Made by a program: the position numbers and the translations under genes. From the IMG/VR virus record IMGVR_UViG_3300005748_000015, positions 32,001-96,000 of that record: a stretch of 64,000 nucleotides of DNA; one strand, written 5' to 3'. Position 1 is the first letter of the stretch. Each line of letters starts with the position of its first letter. Below the pieces are notes generated by a model. The model ran no database searches. It was not told the DNA's origin and worked only from the letters and a program-made list of their open reading frames with translations. This DNA is from a virus. This document shows, piece by piece, positions 1 to 10,544 of this stretch.

Positions 1-3000
1 GAATCTGGTACGTTCTATACAATCCCTACAGGCACTCCTGCTGAAATTTTAAGTTCAACTACAAATGAAAGAGTTCAAGGCTCATTTACTCCAAATACTG
101 ATAACTACGTAGGTATTGAGTTTGTCAGAGGTGTAGACGATACAACCGCTGACCAAGTATATTTCTGGAATCCAACAACAAATATTGAGATTACAAAAAC
201 TGTACCTCTTGCTATCATTCAAGATTATAAAATTGTAATTTCGACATCTTCGTTTGGTTCAAATGTGCTTCCTGTTGCGGTTGTCCAAACAGACTCTTCA
301 AACAATGTAATTGCAATTACAGACAGAAGACCATTGTTATATAGATTAGGAACTGCTGGAAATACTGAGCCAAATCCATTTTACACATATGATTGGAGTG
401 AAACTAGAACGGAAACTTTCTATACTTCAACATCTTCTACTTCTGATCCTTTTTATGGCGGTGATAAAGTCATAAAAAATATGAAAGAATTTTTTGACGC
501 TTTAATGTCAGAATTAAAACTTCTTAAGGGTACACCATATTGGTATTCAGAAAGTGAAGCTGGTTCAATTTATAGAAATAGACAAGATTTAGGCAGTACA
601 GCATTTACTGGTAAGGGTAGTATTTCACACGGAATTGCTTTCTTTAACGGCCAAGTAACTGGCATGACTACTGATGTTAGTTTAAAAGCTATTAGTACGT
701 CAGTAACATTAGTTGCTGACAGTATTAAAGATATTGACACATTAATTAGCGAATGGAATGTTGCAAACGAAGATCAACCTGTATATTTAATTTCTGGTGA
801 CGGTTCTCAAGTCCCAGAAGCCGATATTGTATTGACATCTGCTCCTGGTAGAATTAACTGGAGTTCTGATGTTTATTTAAATTTTATTGGTGGTAGATTA
901 AGATATAAAATTAATGCCAACGAAGATACTGGGCATGTTACACTAACTGACAATCAAGTTGCTTATGTAAAACTTGTTAGAGGTGAAAACATTATTCCAA
1001 ACCTTGTGTTTACAAACGGTGGAGCAATTGTTGAATCTGTTGGTGCAGTTAATTGGACTGAAGATTTAGAAGCTGGTGACTTTATTAAAGACGCTTCTAA
1101 AGGCGATGAGTATTATTATGAAATTCAATCTGTCGATTCATTGTCCCAAGTAACTTTAACAGAACCTTATCAAGAATTATCATCAGGACCAAATGGTTAT
1201 GATGCTCAATATGCTTTTGGTGTTTACGAAACATCTCCTGCTCCCTCAACTGACAGACACATTTATGTTGCAGACAGAGGTTCTGTGCCATTTGTTGAAG
1301 ATGTGTTCTGGCTATTCTTTAGAGCTGACGATGGTGGTTCTCCACAAGTTTATGTTAGAATGCTTGGTGGTAAAGAGCTAGAGCAAGGTGAAGAAAGAGA
1401 AGTTTCTGATAACACTTCTCAATCAATTCTTAACTATATCGGTGCAGCTAATGAATCTGACAATGCACCAAACTATACAGATGCTACTGGAAGTCCAATT
1501 ACAAATATTCACTTAATTAATAGTGAAAATTTAACGCTAGGTATGAAACGTCTTGAGCATAGAGATGATGTAATTCCTAGAGTTAGAGTTATTGATATTG
1601 TTTCAACAGCACTTCCAACAGGCCCTTCTGCAACAGTAGATGGACAAGTTCTTATAAATGGTGATTATGTTTTCTTTACAAATTCTGCAATTGAAGGCCT
1701 ATATAAAGTATCTGGTGTAGGTAGTGCTGTTGCGTTTGAAAAAATCCACGCATTTAAAGGTGAGCAAAACCCTTCTGATGGTGATTTAATTAGAGTTGAA
1801 AATGGTACAATTTATTTTAGAACTGTATGGAAAAGAGTTGCTAACGAATGGAAGCCATTAGAAGTTAAAGAAGCTACAAAAGAGCCTACAGGTTTTCCAA
1901 ACAGAGTTGATTCTGAAATGGAATTTGATAATCTGACTAGAACTTTTAAAATCAGACCGAAAGCACCTCAAACATACTTTGATATTTTTATAAAAGGTAA
2001 ACCTTATAGATTTGAAACAGAACAAAGCATTCAATCTCCTGATGATGAAGGAATTTTCTTCTTTTATTTTGATGACGGTGTTTTAACTTTTGATAATACT
2101 TTTGATCTAACATTGATTACAGAAAATGCTTGGTGTGCTACGGTTTATTGGGACAAAGTAAATCAAGTAAACATCTTATTAGGTGATGAGCGTCACGGAA
2201 TAAAAATGGACGCTGCTACTCACGAATACTTACACAATCTAAATGGTACAGTACTTACTCGTGGTGGTGATATTGGCTTTACACCATATGAAGAGCCAGC
2301 AGCCGCACAGTTTGATGGTCAAGTAGCTGGCATGACTACTGATGTAATTATTGATGCTGACAATACAGGTTTAGCTGGAAATGTTACATTAGTTGCTGAC
2401 AGTATTAAAGATATCGATCAATTAATTCTAGATTGGAATACGGCTAATCCAACAAATACTTTAACATTAACTGCTGGTGATGGCTCTCAAGTTCCAACAG
2501 CTGATATTGTATTAGCTGGTGGCATAGATGGTTCTGGTGATACTGACGATGATGCTCAAATATCTCTTAACGATATGACATTAAGAGATGAAGATATTGT
2601 CATGAATATTGAGCACAATGCTGCTCCATCAGAAATATTCCAACAAATATTAGACCCAATTGCTGAAATACCTATTTATTATAGAAACGATACAAATGGT
2701 GATTGGCGTAAAGATACAGCAACACAATTCCCTGTAAAACAAGGTGCTGCTAGGATACAATACAACAATCCTGCTGGACCGTGGACACAAGAAGATGTTC
2801 AAGAAGGATATTATGTTTCAATGTGGATTTATGCCACAAACAATCAAGACGAGCCAGTTATTGCTATTCTTGGTCAAGCAGAGCACAGCTCACTTTCTAC
2901 AGCACAAGAATTGGATACTCCACAGTCTTTAAATTTTGGAGCACTTCCAAGTGTAGAATTTAAACTATTATATAGATGTATTTTTCAATCATCATCTGCA

Positions 3001-5046
3001 TTTACTAACGCTCCAAAAGCTGCATTAGTTGATGTTAGAGACTTAAGAGCTGTTGAAGACACTCAATTTGCCCAAGTTGCTCCTAACGATCACGGATCGC
3101 TTTCTGGTCTTGAAGACCCAGATCACCCAGCTAGTGCAATCAATATGGATGGCGTTGAAAAAGATGGTGGACTATCTGAGTTTGATGATAGCGTTGGTGA
3201 AGCTCTTACAACTTTAAACAGACTTCTTGGCCAGCTTAGAATCAAACCACATCCAGTAAATGGAAATAGAGTTATTATTACTGGTGCAAATAGAATTTTA
3301 AATAGTGGCACAACATTAATTCAAGAAATTAAAAATCTTGTTCTTGATTTTGAAGGTGCTGAAATTGACTTTGTAACAGGTGAAATTTTTAAAGCTGATG
3401 GATTCACTTCGCTTGGTATTGATTTTACTCCTGAAGTAATTCCTGCAAGTGAATATTTAAACTACTCAGTAACTTTAATTCCTTCTGAAGTAAATGTTGA
3501 CAATACAATTGCTGCTCAACTTATTGTACTTCCAGGTGCTGGTTCAAATGCTGTAAAAGCAGATGCTCCAAAAGCTCCATTTGCTCAAGGTACAAAACTT
3601 GGACAAGTTACAGTACAAGAAAGTGGTGGTGGAATCGTAGCTCTTACTGAGGCATCAATTTCTCAACTTGGAACTGGCGGTGGCGGTTCTGGTGGAACTG
3701 GTGATGCCAACGAATTATTAGAAAGATTAAAAAATAGACTTAACACATACGGTCTATATGAATACATGACTCCAGTTATCTTTTCTTCTGTTGAAGAAGA
3801 TTTAACTGATGACGTTAATACAACAGCTGAGTATAGTGTTGTTAACTCAAATTATGATTTCCCATTAACAGGAAACATTTTCCAATCTATTCAAATGCTT
3901 GATGATGAATTTTTATCTGAAGAAATTGGATTAGATAAAGTTGAATTAATTCATTATTGGAATTTAGAATCTATTGATACTGGTGCCACTTATGAAGTAT
4001 CACGAGATGGTGGTAATAACTGGCAAACCGTTTCTATGACAAGAATTGGTCAATCAGACACTTACCAAGGTTCTCATACGTTTACTGATGAATCATCAAA
4101 TAGTTTCACACAAACTGTAGGTGCGGCTATAACTAGTGTTACAGATTTTACAGATTTAAATGAATTGTCAAGACAATTTACTTTAGCCGAAACTACAACT
4201 GTTAAAAATATAGTTGCCGAAATCACAAAGACAGCAGCGGCTACTGGTTATATCTATGCTGTAGTTGTTAAAGATAATGGTGGTGGACTCCCATCAACAG
4301 ACCCTCTTGATAAAGTAGCTCAAAGTAGCTTTATTAGCATTGATGGTTTGTCTGTTGGTTCTCAGAATGTTGATTTTGGAATGAATTTTACGCTTCCAGC
4401 TGGTGATTATCACGTAATCTTCAAAACGGACAGTGTATATAAAACTGATTATAATTTAAATGCTGGTGCTAATAAAATTTCTATTAGTGACGATGGAACT
4501 GGAATTGTTTACACCTTACAAGGTTTACAATTAGATTTAAGAGTTAGAATTACATCAAGTGCTGACGAAGTTGTGTCTGAAGGTTTCGGTATCTTCTATA
4601 AAAATGATACAAAAATTACACCAGTTGATGGTTCAATTTTAAGACATGTTTCACAATTTGTTGGTGATGTTGATAACCTAAATGAATTTACATTGTCATT
4701 TATCCCTGATGTAAGACTTATGACGGTTTATGAAATAGGAACTGGACAAGCTTATAGATATGGTGCATGGATTATTAATGCAGATGGTAATGTAGAATTT
4801 CCACCAAATACATTTAACAAACCTGAAACTGTAACATTAGAATTCTTACAGATTCAAGGTGGAAGTTTCGATAATAGTGATAGAAATCAATTGGTGTTAG
4901 CAGCACAACATTTAGGTTCATTAGACCCTCAATTGGATTTTAGTGTTGCTGGGCGTGGTTTTCACTTAAGAAGTGATGATGGTACATTGTATGAGGTAGT
5001 AATTAAAAATGGTGGTGTCGGATTTGACATCTACGAGGTAAACTAA
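1..5046 (+). CDS. Large virion structural protein (tail fibre/baseplate-associated), 5'-partial
   Basis: Frame is open from base 1 (ESGTFYTIP...), so the ORF extends beyond the window; >1680 aa, acidic, beta-rich; contains NDHGSLSGLEDPDH and GTGGGGSGG motifs typical of fibre proteins; followed by tail-collar genes. Confidence 0.7.
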   Translation, partial: ESGTFYTIPTGTPAEILSSTTNERVQGSFTPNTDNYVGIEFVRGVDDTTADQVYFWNPTTNIEITKTVPLAIIQDYKIVISTSSFGSNVLPVAVVQTDSSNNVIAITDRRPLLYRLGTAGNTEPNPFYTYDWSETRTETFYTSTSSTSDPFYGGDKVIKNMKEFFDALMSELKLLKGTPYWYSESEAGSIYRNRQDLGSTAFTGKGSISHGIAFFNGQVTGMTTDVSLKAISTSVTLVADSIKDIDTLISEWNVANEDQPVYLISGDGSQVPEADIVLTSAPGRINWSSDVYLNFIGGRLRYKINANEDTGHVTLTDNQVAYVKLVRGENIIPNLVFTNGGAIVESVGAVNWTEDLEAGDFIKDASKGDEYYYEIQSVDSLSQVTLTEPYQELSSGPNGYDAQYAFGVYETSPAPSTDRHIYVADRGSVPFVEDVFWLFFRADDGGSPQVYVRMLGGKELEQGEEREVSDNTSQSILNYIGAANESDNAPNYTDATGSPITNIHLINSENLTLGMKRLEHRDDVIPRVRVIDIVSTALPTGPSATVDGQVLINGDYVFFTNSAIEGLYKVSGVGSAVAFEKIHAFKGEQNPSDGDLIRVENGTIYFRTVWKRVANEWKPLEVKEATKEPTGFPNRVDSEMEFDNLTRTFKIRPKAPQTYFDIFIKGKPYRFETEQSIQSPDDEGIFFFYFDDGVLTFDNTFDLTLITENAWCATVYWDKVNQVNILLGDERHGIKMDAATHEYLHNLNGTVLTRGGDIGFTPYEEPAAAQFDGQVAGMTTDVIIDADNTGLAGNVTLVADSIKDIDQLILDWNTANPTNTLTLTAGDGSQVPTADIVLAGGIDGSGDTDDDAQISLNDMTLRDEDIVMNIEHNAAPSEIFQQILDPIAEIPIYYRNDTNGDWRKDTATQFPVKQGAARIQYNNPAGPWTQEDVQEGYYVSMWIYATNNQDEPVIAILGQAEHSSLSTAQELDTPQSLNFGALPSVEFKLLYRCIFQSSSAFTNAPKAALVDVRDLRAVEDTQFAQVAPNDHGSLSGLEDPDHPASAINMDGVEKDGGLSEFDDSVGEALTTLNRLLGQLRIKPHPVNGNRVIITGANRILNSGTTLIQEIKNLVLDFEGAEIDFVTGEIFKADGFTSLGIDFTPEVIPASEYLNYSVTLIPSEVNVDNTIAAQLIVLPGAGSNAVKADAPKAPFAQGTKLGQVTVQESGGGIVALTEASISQLGTGGGGSGGTGDANELLERLKNRLNTYGLYEYMTPVIFSSVEEDLTDDVNTTAEYSVVNSNYDFPLTGNIFQSIQMLDDEFLSEEIGLDKVELIHYWNLESIDTGATYEVSRDGGNNWQTVSMTRIGQSDTYQGSHTFTDESSNSFTQTVGAAITSVTDFTDLNELSRQFTLAETTTVKNIVAEITKTAAATGYIYAVVVKDNGGGLPSTDPLDKVAQSSFISIDGLSVGSQNVDFGMNFTLPAGDYHVIFKTDSVYKTDYNLNAGANKISISDDGTGIVYTLQGLQLDLRVRITSSADEVVSEGFGIFYKNDTKITPVDGSILRHVSQFVGDVDNLNEFTLSFIPDVRLMTVYEIGTGQAYRYGAWIINADGNVEFPPNTFNKPETVTLEFLQIQGGSFDNSDRNQLVLAAQHLGSLDPQLDFSVAGRGFHLRSDDGTLYEVVIKNGGVGFDIYEVN
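643..834 (+). repeat. Internal ~64-aa module, copy 1 (FNGQVTGMTTDV...VTLVADSIKDID...GDGSQVPEADIVL)
   Basis: Clear protein and DNA similarity to 2311-2514; shared DNA stretch ACATTAGTTGCTGACAGTATTAAAGATAT. Confidence 0.9.
2311..2514 (+). repeat. Internal ~68-aa module, copy 2 (FDGQVAGMTTDV...VTLVADSIKDID...GDGSQVPTADIVL)
   Basis: Paralogous to 643-834. Confidence 0.9.
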
Positions 5047-5047
5047 T

Positions 5048-5896
5048 ATGGCAAGAACTTTAGTAAACAGTATTGATACAGATCAAATTGCAAATGACAT
5101 CAAGACTAGTGTTAACGATGCTTCTAAGGGTTATTTGTCTGGTTTGATTACAGAAAGAACTGGAAACCGTGAGATCAGAATAAACATTGGTTCTTGCATA
5201 GATTCTACTGCCAGTGAAATCATGGAGATACAAACTCTTATAAGAAAACAAACCGATATAGCTTTTTCGGAAGGAGAACTTGGTGGTTGCAATGACGGGT
5301 CTTCTGTTGCTGCGAATACATTTAAACATATTTTTGTTATTAAAAACCCAACATCAGGTGTAACTGACATTTTAATTTCAACTAGTGCAACAGCACCGAT
5401 TATGCCAGCTGGTTATACTTTTTTTAGAAGAATTGGTGGTATTTGGCTGGATGGTAGTGCTAACATAAGAGACTACAAACAAGTAGGGGATTCTTTTCAT
5501 TATACACCATGTTGGGTTCAAGAACTAAGTATAACAACAGCAGAGGCAGATCGTCCATTAAATGCATTGCCTACAGAAATAAGTTGTATGGCAATGATTG
5601 TTCCAATTGTTAGACAAGCAACAAGTGCAGTAACAAATGTTGTTAATTTAGGTGCTCCATTTCAAGATTTAGCCGAACCTAGCTATGTTGGAAATGCTGC
5701 TGGAGGAAGGATTTTAACAGAAGGATATAGTGCTCATTCTCATCAGGCTGGTGACTTTAGTGTTGCTATGCACTCATCTGTATCTCTAGCTGTTATACCT
5801 TGTGTAAATAGCCACATAAGAATACAATATTCAGCTCAAAATGGGACAGTTAGACTTGATATTATAGGTTATATAGATAGCAGAGGAAAAGAATAA
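5048..5896 (+). CDS. Tail fibre-associated protein
   Basis: SATAPIMPAGYTFFRRIG motif common in phage tail fibre proteins; structural context. Confidence 0.6.
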   Translation: MARTLVNSIDTDQIANDIKTSVNDASKGYLSGLITERTGNREIRINIGSCIDSTASEIMEIQTLIRKQTDIAFSEGELGGCNDGSSVAANTFKHIFVIKNPTSGVTDILISTSATAPIMPAGYTFFRRIGGIWLDGSANIRDYKQVGDSFHYTPCWVQELSITTAEADRPLNALPTEISCMAMIVPIVRQATSAVTNVVNLGAPFQDLAEPSYVGNAAGGRILTEGYSAHSHQAGDFSVAMHSSVSLAVIPCVNSHIRIQYSAQNGTVRLDIIGYIDSRGKE

Positions 5897-6690
5897 TGGC
5901 ACAATTTTTTGGCACAGAAGATATTAAAGATTTGACAAAAACTAGCCAGACAACTCTGGAGTGGGCCGCTGGGTCTGTTTTAAGAATTGGAGGGCAAGCT
6001 TATAGTGTTTCTTCTGCCTTAACACTAGATTTGGCAACTGATATTGATACTGGCTCAGTAGCAAACGATACTATATATTATGTATACGCTGTTGTTGTAG
6101 CTGGGGTGGTTAGTCTTAAATACTCATTATCAAGCTCTGCTCCAACAGGGTTTGAAGCGTATAGAAAGATTGGTGCTTTTAGTACAGATGATAGTGCTGA
6201 AGTAACAGGGTCTTCTGTAAAAGACCAAGGTAGAGTGGGAGATATTATTCAATCAATGCTAACCGAAGAACAATTTATTGCTGAAAATGGTGCTGGTTGG
6301 GTATTGGCTGACGGTAGAAGTGCTGCTGGTAGTAAATATGCCACATTAATTGGGGCAAGTGTTCCAGATTTAAGAGGACAATTTTTACGTGGTAAAGATC
6401 ACGGCAGACATGCAATAGATGGTAACGGAAATCCCGATGGTGATTTAGCATTAGGGCAAGAACAGTCTGATAGATTAGGTAGTCACTCACACAGGGTTTG
6501 GGGTAAAACTTCTACAGGAGCAAGTTACAATGACCCTTTAAATTTTCCAGCATCGGGTATTACAGGTGAACAGACAGTAGGTAATGAAGGTTGGTTTAAC
6601 CAATATATTGAAAATACTGGCTCTGCTGAAACAAACCCAAGAAATATAACAGTAAACATATTTATTAAAATAGATGATATAGCGATATAA
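5896..6690 (+). CDS. Tail collar domain/short tail fibre protein
   Basis: GWVLADGR...VPDLRGQFLRG...SHSH...ETNPRNITVNIFIK collar-type motifs. Confidence 0.8.
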   Translation: MAQFFGTEDIKDLTKTSQTTLEWAAGSVLRIGGQAYSVSSALTLDLATDIDTGSVANDTIYYVYAVVVAGVVSLKYSLSSSAPTGFEAYRKIGAFSTDDSAEVTGSSVKDQGRVGDIIQSMLTEEQFIAENGAGWVLADGRSAAGSKYATLIGASVPDLRGQFLRGKDHGRHAIDGNGNPDGDLALGQEQSDRLGSHSHRVWGKTSTGASYNDPLNFPASGITGEQTVGNEGWFNQYIENTGSAETNPRNITVNIFIKIDDIAI

Positions 6691-6699
6691 GGATGAATA

Positions 6700-7860
6700 A
6701 TGGTACAAGGTAAAAATTCAAAGTCCTACAAGAAAAAGAATACGAGTGATCAAAATCAACCTCACACGGGTTTTAAAAATCTTGTATTTGGACATCAGTT
6801 TGCAAGTGCTGGGGAAACGATTATCCCTTTTAATTCCCTTGTCCAACCTACTGATTGGCCACAAGCTGGACTTGTAAACCCAAACGCTCAAACTCTTCTT
6901 GCAGCACAATTACAATTACTTAAAGATAATATCACAGTTACATCGTCAGCTCGTGGTTTAATTCAAAAATCTGAATATATTGTAAGAGCTAATGCAATTG
7001 AATTTTTAAATATTGAATCTCTTGCAAATGAAGCGTTTGAGGTTGAAGTTGCTGATTTAATGATCACTGGAAACTTAATTGTTGATTTACAAACAATTAG
7101 AATTCAAGGTGAATTACAAGATACCGAAACTGATTTTAACATGGGATATGCTTTTGATGTATTAAACGAAGAAATTATCGTATTCAGAAATGGTGTCCAA
7201 CTGTTTAGGTCTGACAATAACGACTCGTCAGGAACTACTGGTAACTATTATTACTTGAACGAAGATGAAAACGGTAAATCTAGTATTATTAGATTTTTTG
7301 AAGCTGCGACTTGGGATGAGCCTATTTTAATTGCTACGACTGGTGGCGTTGTTGACAATGCTAATGTTAGTACATTTCAACAGATTGAGCATTTAGCTGG
7401 ACAGTTAGATGCAATTGTTCCAACTGTTGCAGCATTAGCTGGTGTGCCAGAGACTAACTTTAGAAGTGGGCCGAATAATGTTGATTTAACTCAATTTGGT
7501 AATAAAGTATTGCAGAATGAAAATGACATAAATACAATAAACAATCCCTTCAAACAAGAAAGCTCAAATGGATATGTTGAATTACCAGGCGGTATATTGT
7601 TACAATGGGGAAATATTGTTTTGCCAGGTACAACTTGGAAATCTGGAGCAGATATATCTTTCAATATACCCTTTAGTACACTATATAATGTAACGGCTAC
7701 TGCTGTTAGAAACGATCTTACCACTTATACAACAGCGTTTCAAATAGATAATGGTAATAGTTCAAATAGCTCTTTTAGAGTTTGGAGTTCTATAGGCTTG
7801 GATGCAGAGGATGCTTCAACATCTTTAAATTTAAATTGGTTTGCTATAGGTAAGAAATAA
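6700..7860 (+). CDS. Tail fibre protein with gp53-like C-terminal domain
   Basis: C-terminal NGYVELPGGILLQWG...FNIPF...WFAIGK. Confidence 0.7.
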   Translation: MVQGKNSKSYKKKNTSDQNQPHTGFKNLVFGHQFASAGETIIPFNSLVQPTDWPQAGLVNPNAQTLLAAQLQLLKDNITVTSSARGLIQKSEYIVRANAIEFLNIESLANEAFEVEVADLMITGNLIVDLQTIRIQGELQDTETDFNMGYAFDVLNEEIIVFRNGVQLFRSDNNDSSGTTGNYYYLNEDENGKSSIIRFFEAATWDEPILIATTGGVVDNANVSTFQQIEHLAGQLDAIVPTVAALAGVPETNFRSGPNNVDLTQFGNKVLQNENDINTINNPFKQESSNGYVELPGGILLQWGNIVLPGTTWKSGADISFNIPFSTLYNVTATAVRNDLTTYTTAFQIDNGNSSNSSFRVWSSIGLDAEDASTSLNLNWFAIGKK

Positions 7861-7886
7861 AAGTATATTAATAAAAAGGCTTAAAA

Positions 7887-8654
7887 ATGAAAAATTATAA
7901 ACATGGGAAATATATTGTATACGCTTTGATTGATCCTAGAAATAATGAAATAAGATATGTAGGAATGAGCACTAACGGACTTGTTAGACCTAAAAAACAT
8001 TTGATGCCAAGTTCATACAATAATAAAAATAAAAAACATTATCATGTTTATAATTGGATACGCAAACTTATTTCTTTAAATTTGAAGCCAGAAATAAAAG
8101 TACTAGAATCTTGCTCGAAAGAAAATTTATACAAAAGAGAGCAATATTACATTTTAAACTATAAAGAAATTGGATGTAATCTTACAAATAAAGTAGACGG
8201 TGGGCCTGGTATGTTGGGTTTAAAACATTCCGAAGAAACTAAAAAAAAACTATCTATAAAAGGTAAAAACAAAAAAGTTCCAGAAAAAACTTTAAAAATG
8301 TTTAGGAATCAAAAAGGGAAAAACCACCCTATGTACGGTAAAAAACATTCTGAAGAAAGTTTAAAAAAAATGAGAGAATCTCACTTAGGATATAAAATGC
8401 CTGAAGAACAAAAGAAAAAAATATCCAACTCTTTAAAAGGTAGAAAGTATGGCCCAGTTTCTGAAGGTCACAGAGAAAAACTGATAAAAGCCAAGAAAAA
8501 CAAAATGAAACCAATAATATGTTTAGAAACAGGTGAAAAGTTTGAATCTATAAATGACGCTTGTAGAAAGTTAAATTTAAATAAAAACTCTATTAGAAAA
8601 GTCATTAATGGAAAATGGAAAAAAACAAAAGGGTTAACTTTTAGCTTAATATAA
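7887..8654 (+). mobile_element. Free-standing GIY-YIG homing endonuclease with NUMOD3 repeats and NUMOD1 tail
   Basis: IVYALIDPRNNEIRYVG; repeated HSEETKKKLS/HSEESLKKMR; ICLETGEKFESINDAC; very Lys- and A-rich. Confidence 0.9.
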
Positions 8655-8666
8655 AGGAAATAAAAT

Positions 8667-8987
8667 ATGCCAAAAACATTATTACTTAACCAAAATGTAC
8701 AACTTTCATCTCCCAATCCTGACATAGATTGGAGTAGAGGTGATACTTTCTATTTAGACACAACTGTAGATGAAACTTTTACATTTTCAAATGTAACAGA
8801 TGGTAGAACTATAATAATAATAGTTAGAAACAATGACGTATCTACTCATACTATGAACTTTCCTGCTGGGATTTTTAAACAGGAACAATTTGACGGTGTT
8901 ATATCTGCGTTAACAGAAACGGTATTTACATTAATACGTAGTAATGGCAAAATATATATTACTGAAGTAAAGGAAATGGATAACTAA
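8667..8987 (+). CDS. Small tail-fibre-related structural protein
   Basis: IDWSRGDTF...FTFSN beta domain seen in fibre proteins; SD AAGGA. Confidence 0.5.
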   Translation: MPKTLLLNQNVQLSSPNPDIDWSRGDTFYLDTTVDETFTFSNVTDGRTIIIIVRNNDVSTHTMNFPAGIFKQEQFDGVISALTETVFTLIRSNGKIYITEVKEMDN

Positions 8988-8988
8988 T

Positions 8989-10038
8989 ATGCCTAGACAA
9001 AAGCCTCTTAGTTTTATTAAAGGAATCGCTATTCCACCTTATGCAACAGGTGCTGATGGTGATTTGATTGTAGACAATGGACAAACGGTTACATTAACAG
9101 GTGGGCAAATATATCAATATGAAAATATTGACATAAGAGCTGGCGGTACGGTAAATATTGATAACTCATCGCTTAATATGACACAAATATTGGCTAGAAA
9201 AAGCTTTAATATTAGTGGAACACTAAATTGTAGAGGTGTTGAAAATAATGGATATTCTAGAACAGGAAGTTTCATATCTGGAATAGCTTATTCTTATTCT
9301 ATTAGCCAACGCCAAGGTGGTAGAGGTGGTGGAGGAAACTCCGAAGCTGACTCTGGTAAAGCTTTAGGTGGTGCTGCTGCAAATGGTTATGGTGGAGGCG
9401 GTGGGGGCGGTGCCTCACGTAGTTCATCACGAGCTAGAGGTGGTACAAATAACGGTGCTGGTGGAACTGGTCTTTACGATGGTAGCGCATTTTTAATTGG
9501 GACATTCAATAACCCTGGAGGATCAGGAAACTTCACGCAAGGAAATGGTCACAGTGGCAATGCTGGTGATCCAATTAATGGGTCAGCTAGAGGTGGAGAA
9601 GGAGGCGGTTCCGGTGGTGGCGGTGGTGGTGGTCAAGGTGGTGATCGAGGACGTGGAGGCGGTGGTGGAGGAAACAAAGGCCTCCATGGTAAAATGCTTT
9701 ATTTAATGTGCTCTTTTGATATAACAGGTACAGGTATAGTAAACGTATCAGGTTCTAATGGCTTTGCAGGAGGAGCTGGTGGTAATATAGTCGCTGGCGA
9801 AGGTGGAGCCGGAGGCGGTGGCGGTGGTGGAGCCGGAGGCTCAGGCGGTCATTTATATGTACAAGCCCTTTCTTTTGAACCATCACGAAGTTTTGGAGGC
9901 GGTTCCGGTGGTGCTGCTGGGCCTAGAGGTGCAGATAGTAGTGCATCTGGTGGTGAAATTGGATTATCTTCGCAAGGTGGGCAATCTGGTAATTCTGGTA
10001 GTTATTTTTTAGAAACTAATGTTTTTAGGTCAAGTTAA
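8989..10038 (+). CDS. Glycine-rich tail fibre/adhesin-like protein
   Basis: TGADGDLIV N-terminus followed by many GGGGGG/GGAG runs (polyglycine II type). Confidence 0.7.
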   Translation: MPRQKPLSFIKGIAIPPYATGADGDLIVDNGQTVTLTGGQIYQYENIDIRAGGTVNIDNSSLNMTQILARKSFNISGTLNCRGVENNGYSRTGSFISGIAYSYSISQRQGGRGGGGNSEADSGKALGGAAANGYGGGGGGGASRSSSRARGGTNNGAGGTGLYDGSAFLIGTFNNPGGSGNFTQGNGHSGNAGDPINGSARGGEGGGSGGGGGGGQGGDRGRGGGGGGNKGLHGKMLYLMCSFDITGTGIVNVSGSNGFAGGAGGNIVAGEGGAGGGGGGGAGGSGGHLYVQALSFEPSRSFGGGSGGAAGPRGADSSASGGEIGLSSQGGQSGNSGSYFLETNVFRSS

Positions 10039-10544
10039 TGAAAGTATTTACGGTTACAGAGAAAAAAATTAGGTATTGGGATAAAGTTAGGGATATGCCT
10101 AGTTTTAAGCTAAATATAGAAGCTACATACAATATAACTGTTGATTGTTATGTTGTAAATCACAATAATTTTGATTTTTTATCTTTAAATTATACAAACT
10201 TTGAAGTGTCAGAAAATAAAGATGAGATTATCTTTATGCAGAGCGTTTATAAAGATAAAATTAGACAAGATTGGTTTGGTTGGCCTACAATGGAATATGA
10301 TGAATTGCAAGCTAACTATACAAGTGAGCAAATTGAACAAATAAAAATTGCCAAAAGTAATTATACAAATAATCAATGTAAAACTTGGGAAAAGTATTTG
10401 CATTGCAATATAGACCCAGCTGATTATAATGACGAAATACCTGAAGATTTTCCCCGGATACCAAGGGTATATATTGATTTTGTGATTGATGAATTAGATT
10501 GGGAAGAAGTAGCAAGAGTGGATGTAACAAAATATGAAGCTTAA
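10038..10544 (+). CDS. Hypothetical protein
   Basis: 168-aa ORF translationally coupled to both neighbours. Confidence 0.6.
   Translation: MKVFTVTEKKIRYWDKVRDMPSFKLNIEATYNITVDCYVVNHNNFDFLSLNYTNFEVSENKDEIIFMQSVYKDKIRQDWFGWPTMEYDELQANYTSEQIEQIKIAKSNYTNNQCKTWEKYLHCNIDPADYNDEIPEDFPRIPRVYIDFVIDELDWEEVARVDVTKYEA

Noticed and set aside
9300-9990. GC-rich GGT/GGC/GGA repeats as a DNA repeat or foreign island
   Set aside because: Fully explained by glycine codons of the Gly-rich protein.
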